From Dehalococcoidia bacterium (GTDB lineage Bacteria; Chloroflexota; Dehalococcoidia; Lucifugimonadales; CATOSD01), in NCBI GenBank assembly GCA_965203135.1, contig CBDBBO010000001.1:1878760-1942759 (forward strand): a DNA stretch of 64,000 nucleotides. Direction: 5' to 3'. Shown in pieces: positions 20,868-30,100 of this stretch. The translations under genes were made by a program, and so were the position numbers. Under the pieces are notes generated by a model. It was given only the letters and a program-made list of their open reading frames with translations. It searched no databases and was not told the origin of the DNA. Each line of letters begins with the position of its first letter. Within the stretch, counting starts at the first letter, position 1.

Positions 20868-21737
20868 CTATGCCTCCTTAGCTCTCTCGATAGCGGTGTT
20901 CAAAGCGCGTCGCGTCAGCACGTTGCACAGGTGCTTGCGGTACTCGATTGTGCCGCGCATGTCCGTGATTGGCCGCGCCGCCTCCTCGGCGATGTTCGCG
21001 GCTTCCTGTACGCTCTCGTCGTTGGCCGGCTTGCCCACCAGCGCCTCTCCCGCCTCCCGAACGAACAGGGGCGTTGGCGCGACCGACGCCAGGCAGACGC
21101 GGGCGGACTTGATGACGCCGTCTTCGAGTTCCACCGAGACTCCGGCGCCCGCGACGGCTATGTCCATCTCGTTGCGGGGAATGAACCGGATGTATCGCGC
21201 GCCCGAGTTGGGCGACGGCGCCGGGAAGTGAAGGGAGACCAGCAACTCGCCGTCTTCCAGCGCGTTCTGGCCCGGGGCGGTGCAGAAGTCTTCCACGGCC
21301 AGCGTGCGCTCGCCGTTGGGGCCTGCGATGTTGGCGGTCGCGCCCAGCGCGACCATCACCGGGATGGAGTCGCCGCTCGGCGCGGCGTTGCACAGGTTGC
21401 CGCCCAGCGAGGCGCGGCCCTGTATCTGCGTGCCGCCGATTAGCGAGGCCGCGTCTATCAACCCGGGGTAGGCCGCGCTTACGGCGCTGTCGCCGTAGAT
21501 TCGGTAGCACGGCACGGCCGCGCCCAGCGTGAGGCCGGAGTCTGCGTCGTAGCTCAGCTCGTTGAGTTCGGGAATGTTCTTGCCGTCCACCACCAGGTCG
21601 GCGTTCGAGCGTCCGACCCTGAGTTGAACGAGCAAGTCGGTGCCGCCGGCCAGAATGCTGGCGCGCCCGCCCGCCTGCGCGAGCAGGTCGATCGCGTCAC
21701 CGACCGAGTGGGGACTTTCGTAGTCAATCCACTTCAA
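20868..21737 (-). CDS. FAD-binding medium subunit (CoxM/XdhB-like)
   Basis: ILAGGTDL and GGNLCNAAPSGD motifs. Gene order M-S-L with abutting genes. Confidence 0.9.
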   Translation of the reverse strand: MKWIDYESPHSVGDAIDLLAQAGGRASILAGGTDLLVQLRVGRSNADLVVDGKNIPELNELSYDADSGLTLGAAVPCYRIYGDSAVSAAYPGLIDAASLIGGTQIQGRASLGGNLCNAAPSGDSIPVMVALGATANIAGPNGERTLAVEDFCTAPGQNALEDGELLVSLHFPAPSPNSGARYIRFIPRNEMDIAVAGAGVSVELEDGVIKSARVCLASVAPTPLFVREAGEALVGKPANDESVQEAANIAEEAARPITDMRGTIEYRKHLCNVLTRRALNTAIERAKEA

Positions 21738-22269
21738 AGGTCTACCTCCTTAATTCTGATGGGTCAAACTGGGTCTTTCTGTGTCAATCTGGTCAGACCG
21801 CGGGGATTGCCATTCCGCCACGCTTGCGCGCGGACGCGCAGAGACGGGCGGCAGGCGGCAAAAGTATAGCAAAGCGCGCTTGGCAGAACAACAGCGGGCG
21901 CCGCTGTTCGCTCCTGACCCAGGCGAGCTTCGCGCCCGGGTGTTGGAGCGTTCCCTGGAGTCTCGGCGGGGTGAAGAGCGGATCCACCGAAACCGCTTCA
22001 TCTCAGCTACTCGAGTTCATGTGTCGTCGCCAAGCCACAAGACGCACTCGTCTGACAAGACGCCCGAACGCGATGCCCCAGGTCTTTTGAAGGAGGAGGA
22101 ATGGTTGAAAGGTCGGCTCGGCTCTCTGCGGGGACCCACCCCTATAGCTGTACAGTGGCCCACGGATACTGCGGACGCAGGCGGTCCGTCGTGTCAATCT
22201 TGCGTTTCGGGGGCAGCGGGCCGCGCGGCGGTCCGTTGCCCCCGTTGTCGCCCGGCCCTACTCGTCCGG

Positions 22270-23244
22270 CTAGTTCCGGCGCCAGCCGGAGCCGAAGAGG
22301 TAGCCGTCGTAGCCCGCTACCCACACCCGCAGCGACTCGGACTCCACCCAGGCGCCCGCCTCGGTGGCATGGAAAGTCTCCGCGCCGAACAGCTCCTGGA
22401 CGTCCCTCCCGATCATCGAGATGTCGGAGTGCCCCACGATCTTCCCGTCCGGCCCGCCTATGAAGGCGAACCACCTGCCGTCCACCGTCTCTGCGGCGTT
22501 GTAGTAGGCAATTGCCTCCTCAAGGCCCGCCAGGGCGCTGCCGGGACTGGCGAAGTAGGACATGGTACCGGCCAGCCCCAGTTCCCGGTACTTGTCGACC
22601 GCCACGGACACCAGCATCCTGGTGAACTCGTCGGCGTCGATGTACCAGCCCGAGGCGAACAGCAGCCCGTCGTGCTTCACCACCCATACGTTCTTCAACT
22701 CGAAGTCGCCGGTGCCTATGCCCCCGCTCGCCGGGTTGCGGTACACGTAGGACACCCACTTGCCCTCCTCCGTGGCAGAGAGCATCTCCGGGCCGAACTC
22801 GTAGCCATTGGCGTCGGTGCCCACCCAACCCTTCACGTCCAGGCCCAGGCGTTCGGGATCGGGGTGCCCTACCACGAGGTCATTCTGGTCGATGATGAAG
22901 ACGTACCATTGGCCGTCCACGCTCCGGGGGCTGTTGTAGTGGGCGAGGGCGGCTTCCAGGCCTTGGGCCTCGTACCGGGCGACGGCGTTGTCTACGACGT
23001 GCCGGGTGTACTCGGCGGGGACCGCCTTGGACGGGACGGCGACGGCCGCTTCCCCGTTGATGGGTATGTTTCCTGGAGAGGACTCGGCCCGGGGCTGTGC
23101 GGCGGCCGTCTCCGTCGTGGCCATCTTCTCCACCTCGGCGCGGGTCTGCTCCTGCTTGCCGCCGCCCCCGCAGGCGGCGAGCAGCGCGGAAGCGGCGAGC
23201 AGGAGCGCCGCCAGTGGAATCGCGTAGCGTACCTTGCTGATCAT
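22270..23244 (-). CDS. Lipoprotein with tandem Cache-like (sCache_2-type) extracytoplasmic domains, paralog 1
   Basis: Start ATG 23244 follows AGGAG. Lipobox LLAAC. WYVFIIDQNDLVVGHPDP...GKWVSYVYRNP...GWY matches the single-Cache pattern. About 85 percent identical by eye to ORF 56564..57544. Confidence 0.75.
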   Translation of the reverse strand: MISKVRYAIPLAALLLAASALLAACGGGGKQEQTRAEVEKMATTETAAAQPRAESSPGNIPINGEAAVAVPSKAVPAEYTRHVVDNAVARYEAQGLEAALAHYNSPRSVDGQWYVFIIDQNDLVVGHPDPERLGLDVKGWVGTDANGYEFGPEMLSATEEGKWVSYVYRNPASGGIGTGDFELKNVWVVKHDGLLFASGWYIDADEFTRMLVSVAVDKYRELGLAGTMSYFASPGSALAGLEEAIAYYNAAETVDGRWFAFIGGPDGKIVGHSDISMIGRDVQELFGAETFHATEAGAWVESESLRVWVAGYDGYLFGSGWRRN

Positions 23245-23269
23245 GTCATTGCACTCCTGAGTCTTTCCT

Positions 23270-26200
23270 CTACAGCCCGCCGCTTCGCGTCCCCGGGATG
23301 ACGATTCCGTGGTTGTACGTCTTCTCGCCATCTACTGGGTTCAAGGGGTCGCAGCCGGGCGTGGTGCAGGCGTAGATGTTAATGCTCTCGTCGCCTTCGT
23401 CTTCGCCGTCGGCGGTGATGGCTATGGTTATTATGCCGCTGGTCTCACCCTCGCCGATGGTGATGAAGGACGGCATGGTATAGTCGTCGCTGGTAGCTGT
23501 TTGACCGCCGGCGGCCAGGGTTACGGTGGTGCCGTTCGCAGGCGCCGGGGCGGGCAGCGTCAACATCAACACCGCTTCTCCGCCTTCGTATGGGGTCATG
23601 CAGACCCTCAGGCCCGCCTCCCTGACTCCAATGTAGCGCCGGCAGCTTTCGGGGAGTCCGCCATCGTCAGAGCCCTGGACCTGAGCAGACGGACTGGTGT
23701 CGTTTGCCCGTGTCACCGTGATCGTGTAGGTCTTGGTCGTGCCGTTCTGAGTGGTCACAACTACGTCGATGGCCTCGGCAACGCCCGGGGTCAACGCGAT
23801 GGCGGAGCTTGGCGAGCCGGAGGCCACCGCGTCTCCTCCCACCGTCACCGTGGTGCTGGGGTCGTTTGCCGTGGGGGTCACGGTCACGCTGTCGACGGGG
23901 TTGTCCACGCTGGCCGTGTAGCCGGCGGTGTCCGCGGCGAAGTCCGGCGTGAGCGGCACGTCGTTCGTTCCGTCGGAGACGGTCAGTGCGCTCAGCGTGG
24001 CGTCGGATGACACGGTCGATACCACCGGCAGGGCTAGTGCCTCGCTGAAGGCGCGAGTGACGCTTACCGTGTAGGTCTTGGTGGTCCCGTCCTGGGCAGT
24101 CACTACGATGTCGATGACCTCGGCGACTTCCGGGGTCAGGGAGATGGCGGAGCTTGGCGAGCCGGAGGTCACCGCGTCTCCTCCCACCGTCACCGTGGCG
24201 TTGGGGTCGTTGACCGTGGGGGTCACGGTCACGCTGCCGACGGAGTTGTCGACGCTGGCCGTGTAGCCGGTGGTGTTCGAATCGAAAGTAGGTGTGAGGG
24301 GAACGTCGTTCGTTCCGTCGGAGACGGTGAGCGCGCTCAGGGTGGCGTCCGAGGACATTTCCCGCGTCACCGTGACCGTGTAGGTCATGGCGGTCCCGTC
24401 CTGGGCGGTCACCACGATGTCGATGACCTCGGCAACGCCCGCGGTCAGGGAGATGGCGGAGCTTGGCGAGCCGGAGGTCACCGTGTCTCCTTCCACCGTC
24501 ACCGTGGCGTTGGAGTCGTTGACCGTGGGGGTCACGGTCACGCTGTCGACGGAGTTGTCCACGTTGGCCGTGTAGCCGGCGGTGTCCGCGGCGAAGGCCG
24601 GTGTGAGCGGTACGTCGTTCGTTCCGTCGGAGACGGTCAGAGCGCTCAGGGTGGCGTCGGACGACATCACCGGCAAGGCGATGGCCCGTGTCACCGTGAC
24701 CGTGTAGGTCTTGGTCGTGCCGTCCTGGGCGGTCACCACGATGTCGATGACCTCGGCAACGCCCGCGGTCAGGGAGATGGCGGAGCTTGGCGAGCCGGAG
24801 GCCACCGCGGCTCCTCCCACCGTCACCGTGGCGTTGGAGTCGTTGGCTGTGGCCGTCACCGTGACGCTGCCGACTGAGTTGTCCACGCTGGCCGTGTAGC
24901 CGGCGGTGTCCGTGTCGAAGTTCGGCGTGAGCGGCACGTCGTTCGTTCCGTCGGAGACGGTCAGAGCGCTCAGGGTGGCGTCGGGGCTGCCGCCGCTCAA
25001 TCCCGGAGGGGCCTCGCCTACCACCTGGACCTGGGGAAGCTGGGCCTGCAGGCTCAGCGGCACCCTCTGCCCTTCTGTCCAGAAATTATCCCCTTTGGAG
25101 GGATCATCGTGCAAAAGGAACCCGGAATAGATCCACTGCATGTTCCTATACGTATCGGGGTCGGGTACGAACCATTGGACACGGACGGTATCGTCGAGGG
25201 AGACCAATTCGCTGCCGACTTGCATCCTCCCTTTTCGCAGGTTGGAATCCTCCGGCGTGAGGGCGGACAGACCTACCGTGGTGTAGCGCGGGGTTTCATC
25301 GGGGAGAACGGATCTGTTGAATTGTGTCCATCCGTAGGTATCAAGCCCAAAGGCGAATTCATCCTCGGTGAGGGCCACCGAGCAATCGTCTATCGAGCTG
25401 TTAAGGACGTCGATGACGCAGCCGAAATCCCCTGTCCCATCCCCGTAATCATTGTCCACCGTCAGGATGGCGGACCAGATGACGTCTTCGTGAGGGGTGG
25501 CGCTGGCCGTGGCGGACCACTGGCCGTCGCCCGCGCTGTTGGATGCCCGGACGCGCACGTCGTATTCGACGCCGTTGGTCAGGCCGGTGATCTCGGTGTC
25601 GATCCCCGTCCCGCCGTAGCCGGCGTCCAGCCAGCCGTTGCGAGGGTCGTCGAAGACGCCGGCCTGGTCGGGCGCGGAGGTGGTCTTGTACTGCACCTCG
25701 TATGCGGTGACATCCGCCCCGCCGTCGTCCTCGGGCGGGTTCCACCCGGCGACGAGTTTGGTGTTGCCGAGGGCGAGTACGAGGCCGACGGGAGCGCCGG
25801 GCACTGGGTTCCCCATGTCCCCAGTGGTCCCCGTGGGATTCGTGTTGGTCTTGTCGTCGGTGTCTCCGGAGTTCCCTATTCGCAGGCTCAGTGGAAACCG
25901 CTGCCCCTCGGCCCAACCGAATCCTCCATTGGCAGACTCATCGAGCAAACTGAACCCAAGGCCGTCCGGGTGCCAATGGACACTATCAGGATCGCCAAGG
26001 TTGAACACGGCACCTGTGTTGCCGACTTGGAGATACGCTTTCCGCAGACCGGAATCGGCCGGTACGCTCCTCGAGGAGTAGTCCGATGTAGTGGAGTACA
26101 ATCTCGTGGAGAAGTATGGGTTCAGAATCAGCTGGCTTCCCTTCGCCCTCTCTTCAGACACTCCGTCCTTGAAGTAATGCCATCTCCAGGTCTTGTCCTC

Positions 26201-26764
26201 AAACTGAAACTCATTCTCGGTGAGCGCGGTTGAGCACCTGTAGTCGTCATTGATGCCACAGCCGAAGTAATTGCTCCCACTATCAAAGGACGCCGTCAGG
26301 ATGGCGGCCCAGATGATGTCTTCGAGAGGGGTGGCGCTGGCCGTGGCGGACCACTGGCCGTCGCCCGCGCTGTTGGAGGCCCGGAGGCGCACGTCGTAGG
26401 CGACGTTGTTGGTCAGGCCGCTGATCTCTGCGTCGGTCCCCGTCACGCTGTCGCTGGCCGTCACCCAGCCGGATGCGGGGTCGCTGAGGTCGGCGGGCCG
26501 GTCGGCGGCGATGCTGTACTTGTACTGCACCGTGTATGAGGTAATATCCGCGTCGCCGGCCGGCGGGTTCCAGCCCGCGACGAGCATGGCGTTGCCCGGG
26601 GCGACGGCAAGGCCGACGGGGGCCCCGGGCGTGTCGCCGGACCCCTGTGCCGCCGCCGGAGGGTGCGCCGGCAGAAAGAGGGCCGCCACCGCGATCAGGA
26701 CGCCGAGGACGGCGGCGGTGAGCACGAGTCGGCGGCCGGTCTGTTGAGTTTCCGTTATGGTCAT
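23270..26764 (-). CDS. 1164-aa N-anchored surface protein: 2 x (FN3 + unknown Cys-pair domain), 4 x cadherin-like beta-sandwich, Calx-beta-like C-terminus
   Basis: N-terminal RR plus hydrophobic anchor. FN3-like segments (WNPP...YTVQYK...DVRLRASNSAGDGQWS). Four repeats of about 100 aa (DATLSALTVSDGTNDVPLTP...TYTVTVTR). Ends in RSGGL. Confidence 0.8.
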   Translation of the reverse strand: MTITETQQTGRRLVLTAAVLGVLIAVAALFLPAHPPAAAQGSGDTPGAPVGLAVAPGNAMLVAGWNPPAGDADITSYTVQYKYSIAADRPADLSDPASGWVTASDSVTGTDAEISGLTNNVAYDVRLRASNSAGDGQWSATASATPLEDIIWAAILTASFDSGSNYFGCGINDDYRCSTALTENEFQFEDKTWRWHYFKDGVSEERAKGSQLILNPYFSTRLYSTTSDYSSRSVPADSGLRKAYLQVGNTGAVFNLGDPDSVHWHPDGLGFSLLDESANGGFGWAEGQRFPLSLRIGNSGDTDDKTNTNPTGTTGDMGNPVPGAPVGLVLALGNTKLVAGWNPPEDDGGADVTAYEVQYKTTSAPDQAGVFDDPRNGWLDAGYGGTGIDTEITGLTNGVEYDVRVRASNSAGDGQWSATASATPHEDVIWSAILTVDNDYGDGTGDFGCVIDVLNSSIDDCSVALTEDEFAFGLDTYGWTQFNRSVLPDETPRYTTVGLSALTPEDSNLRKGRMQVGSELVSLDDTVRVQWFVPDPDTYRNMQWIYSGFLLHDDPSKGDNFWTEGQRVPLSLQAQLPQVQVVGEAPPGLSGGSPDATLSALTVSDGTNDVPLTPNFDTDTAGYTASVDNSVGSVTVTATANDSNATVTVGGAAVASGSPSSAISLTAGVAEVIDIVVTAQDGTTKTYTVTVTRAIALPVMSSDATLSALTVSDGTNDVPLTPAFAADTAGYTANVDNSVDSVTVTPTVNDSNATVTVEGDTVTSGSPSSAISLTAGVAEVIDIVVTAQDGTAMTYTVTVTREMSSDATLSALTVSDGTNDVPLTPTFDSNTTGYTASVDNSVGSVTVTPTVNDPNATVTVGGDAVTSGSPSSAISLTPEVAEVIDIVVTAQDGTTKTYTVSVTRAFSEALALPVVSTVSSDATLSALTVSDGTNDVPLTPDFAADTAGYTASVDNPVDSVTVTPTANDPSTTVTVGGDAVASGSPSSAIALTPGVAEAIDVVVTTQNGTTKTYTITVTRANDTSPSAQVQGSDDGGLPESCRRYIGVREAGLRVCMTPYEGGEAVLMLTLPAPAPANGTTVTLAAGGQTATSDDYTMPSFITIGEGETSGIITIAITADGEDEGDESINIYACTTPGCDPLNPVDGEKTYNHGIVIPGTRSGGL
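23708..24988 (-). repeat. Four tandem coding repeats of about 300-330 bp (cadherin-like domains) with high DNA identity
   Basis: Near-identical antisense ORFs at 24078, 24387 and 24711 in the ORF track; the protein repeats cover aa 593-1019. Confidence 0.85.
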
Positions 26765-26788
26765 GTCATTCCACCCCTTATTCTTTGC

Positions 26789-27007
26789 TTACAGTCCGCC
26801 CAATTGGGAGAAAGAGGACAGCTTGCCCCTGGATGCGTTCACAGGGACGGGCCTGAAGCGATCGTCCTGGGGCTCGTCCGCCGCTGCCGGTACCACCGGC
26901 AGAAAGACGGCCGTCAGCGCTACCAGGGCGCCGATGAGCGCGGCCGGGATCAAAAGCCTGTCCCGCGCTTGGTGCGGGGGTGGGGGGTCTGTACAGTAGG
27001 GTTCCAT
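26789..27007 (-). CDS. 72-aa leader-like ORF (poly-Pro, signal-anchor, GGL end) heading the locus-1 surface operon
   Basis: GGAGG plus 11 nt plus ATG, the same start context as genes at 51929 and 55341. MEPYCTDPPPPHQARDRLLIPAALIGALVAL... ends in LGGL, 24 nt before the large gene. Confidence 0.35.
   Translation of the reverse strand: MEPYCTDPPPPHQARDRLLIPAALIGALVALTAVFLPVVPAAADEPQDDRFRPVPVNASRGKLSSFSQLGGL
26976..26987 (-). repeat. Interrupted homopolymer (CCCCCCACCCCC on the coding strand) encoding the PPPP of the locus-1 leader
   Basis: GGGGGTGGGGGG on the plus strand. It is positionally equivalent to the uninterrupted C14/C15 tracts of locus 2. Confidence 0.6.
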
Positions 27008-27117
27008 GTGGTCTGGTTCCTCCTTTGGTATCCCCGTTCTTTCGACGGGTCAGGCTTTGGCGGAATCCGTAGCGGCTGCCGCCAACGGATTCACACGGCG
27101 GAGAAGTGTACAGGCAT

Positions 27118-27137
27118 TTGTGTGTTTTTCTTGTGTG
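27118..27137 (+). promoter_or_regulatory. Direct repeat TTGTGTG-N6-TTGTGTG in the locus-1 divergent promoter region (candidate wHTH regulator site)
   Basis: Two exact 7-mers with a 13-bp period and a third TTGTGTA at 27163-27169. A matching TTGTGGA-N5-TTGTGGA lies in the equivalent orientation at 51711-51729. Confidence 0.4.
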
Positions 27138-27162
27138 CTTCCCCGCTGAATATGTGAGAGTA

Positions 27163-27191
27163 TTGTGTAGTTTTTGCGTTTATGGTATAAC
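27163..27191 (+). promoter_or_regulatory. Possible promoter TTGTGT-N17-TATAAC giving a near-leaderless transcript for the locus-1 kinase
   Basis: The -10 element ends 9 nt before ATG 27200, and no Shine-Dalgarno sequence precedes the ATG. Confidence 0.3.
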
Positions 27192-27199
27192 CAGCCCCC

Positions 27200-30100
27200 A
27201 TGGACACACTCATACACGAATCGTCGGAGGTCGCCCTGGACCCGGGCGTCAGCCTCGAGGAGGCCGCCGGGCTGAAGCGGGAGATAGAGATGCTGCGGGC
27301 CCGCCTTTCCGAGTTGAGCGGGGCTACTCTGCGCATCATCGAGGATCCGGACCTCGACACTGTCCTGCAGGGAGTCATAGACGGGGCCCGCTCGCTGACC
27401 GGCGCACGGTACGGCGCGCTCCTCATCCTCGACCACCTTGGGGGCATCGAGGCTCTCATCACCTCCGGCATAACCTACGAAGAGGCTGCGGCTATCACAG
27501 TCGAGCCCAAGGGTTTGGGATTGCTGGGATATCTCAACGAGCTTCGGGGGCCGCTGAGACTGCGGGACATCGCCGCTCATCACAGGTCGATAGGTTTTCC
27601 CAAAGGCCACCCCCCGATGAAGAGCTTTCTCGGGACCCCGATCATCCATCGCGGCGAGAGGCTCGGCAACATCTACCTCACCGAGAAGGAGCACGGCGAG
27701 GAGTTCACGCCGGAAGACGAAGAGAGCCTCACCGTGTTCGCCTCCCATGCGGCGACGGCCATCTTCAACGCCCGAGCCTACCAGTTCGAGCGCCAGGCCA
27801 AGGCCGACCTGGAGGCGCTGAACGAGCGATTTCTCATGCTTTGCGAGGCCGTTCGCGTCCTCAGCGAAAGCCTCGACGTCGATTCCGTTCTAGACCGGAT
27901 TGTGACCAGCGCGAGGTCGCTCACCGGAGCGCGCAACGGCTTGATTACGACGCTCGACGAGTCCGGGCGGCTGGTGGACTTCTACACCTCCGGGTTCACC
28001 CCCGAAGATCGCGAGGTCCTGCTGGACGTGCCCCGAGGGCCGGAGATACTGGACCACTTTCACAACCTGCCGCGCCCGTTGCGCGTGCCGGACTTGACGG
28101 CCCATATCCGCAACCTCGGCTTTTCCGATGCGCTTCCTCCTCTGGCGACCGCACTGTCCGTGCCGGTCTATTTCCGCGACGTCCGCGTGGGCAACCTTTA
28201 CCTCGCCAACAAAGAGGGTGGAGCCGAGTTCACCGAAGGCGACGAAGAGTTGATGAGCGTGCTCGCCTCCCAGGCGGCGGTCGCCATCGCCAACGCTCGA
28301 GCCTACCAGTCCGAGCGCCAGGCCAAGGCCGACATGGAAGCGCTGAACGAGCGATTTCTCATGCTTTGCGAGGCCGTTCGCGTCCTCAGCGAAAGTCTCG
28401 ACGTCGATTCCGTTCTAGACCGGATTGTGACCAGCGCGAGGTCGCTCACCGGAGCGCGCAACGGCTTGATTACGACGCTCGACGAGTCCGGGCAGTTGGT
28501 GAACTTCTACCCTTCCGGGTTCACCCCCGAAGATCGCGAGGTCCTGCTGGGCGTACCCCGAGGGCCGGAGATACTGGACCATTTCCACAACTTGCCGCGC
28601 CCGTTGCGCGTGCCGGACTTGACGGCCCATATCCGCAACCTCGGCTTTTCCGATGCGCTTCCCCCTCTGGCGACCGCGCTGTCCGTGCCGGTCTATTTCC
28701 ACGACGTCCGCGTGGGCAACCTTTACCTGGCCAACAAGGAAGGCGGAGCCGAGTTCACCGAAGGCGACGAAGAGTTGATGAGCGTGCTCGCCTCCCAGGC
28801 GGCGGTCGCTATCGCCAACGCCCGAGCCTACCAGTCCGAGCGGCAGGCCAAGGCCGACATGGAGGCACTGGTGGACACCTCGCCCGTGGGAGTGATGGTG
28901 TTCGACGCGAAAACGCTGGACCTGGTGTCGTTCAACCAGGAGACCAGACGGATAGTGCGTGGGCTGAGCGGGCTGGGCCGCAGCCGGGAGGCGCTGTTCA
29001 GCGTGATGAGCTTCCGGCGTCCGGACGGGCGCAAGATTCCGCACGAGGAACTGCCGACGGCCCGAGCGATACGCGACGGCAACTCGGTGCGCGCCGAGGA
29101 GATAATCATCGATCTCCCGGGCGACCAGACGATCAGAACTATCATCAACGCCACGCCCGTCTTTTCGGAAGAGGGAGAAGTAGTCTCCGTCATCACCACC
29201 ATGCAGGACATGACGCCGCTGGAGAGGACGGAAAGGCTGCGCGCCGAGTTCGTCGGCATGGTGAGCCACGAGCTTAGAACGCCGTTGGCCGCCATCAAAG
29301 GCTCCGCCGCCACTGTGCTGGGCGCTTCGTCCGCCCTCGATAGCGAGGAGATGCGCCACTTCTTCCGGGTTATAGACGATCAGGCCGACCGTATGCGCGG
29401 CCTCATCTCGGACCTTCTCGACACGGCGCAGATAGAGGCGGGCACGCTGTCGGTCGATTCCGAGCCCGCTGATATGGCGGACCTGGTCGAGGAGGCGAGG
29501 CGCGCCTTCCTGCGCGGCGGAGCCACGAACGTCATCGAGGCCGACCTCCCGCCGGGCCTGCCCCGTGTCGAGGTGGACCGGCAGCGCATGGGGCAGGTGC
29601 TGAACAACCTCTTCGCCTACGCCTCCAGGCACTCGCCCTATATGTCCACCATCAGGATGAGCGCGTCGGTGGACGACGTGTACGTTTCCATATCAGTGGC
29701 GGACGAGAGCAGGGACGTGTCCGGCGAGCGTCTGCGCCAACTTTTCAGAAGGTTCTCTCCCGTGGACGGCGAAGACCGATACGGGCAGTCGGCGGGAGAA
29801 GGCCTAGGTCTGATCGTATGCAGGGGGATAGTGGAAGCGCACGGGGGCCGCATATGGGCCGAAAGCATCGGCCCCGGCCTGGGCACTCGGTTCACCTTCA
29901 CCGTTCCGTCCGTCGAGGAGGCCGCCCGCGGCGCGGCGGCAAACTCCGGCTGGCTCCTCGCCGACGCTGAGCGAACGGAGGGAGCGCGGACGCGCGTTCT
30001 GGTGTTGGACGATGAGCCGCACATACTGCTGCACCTTCGGAATACCCTGCGGGAAGCGGGCTACGCCTCTATGGTCACCGACAATCCGAAAGAGGCGCAC

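Noticed and set aside
18122-21737. Aerobic carbon-monoxide dehydrogenase (coxMSL).
   Set aside because: The gene order fits, but the large subunit has AAYRAPGAP instead of the form I or form II CODH active-site loops. It is called only as an XDH-family hydroxylase.
21738-22269. Riboswitch (for example Moco-type) or small gene in the 530-bp region upstream of the hydroxylase operon.
   Set aside because: I could not recognise any conserved riboswitch core by eye, and the local ORFs are low-complexity. It is left unannotated and would need a covariance-model scan.
23708-24988. Regularly spaced ~310-325 bp repeats that might suggest a CRISPR-like or other non-coding array.
   Set aside because: The period is far too long, there are no short direct repeats with unique spacers, and the region is one continuous reading frame encoding cadherin-like domains.
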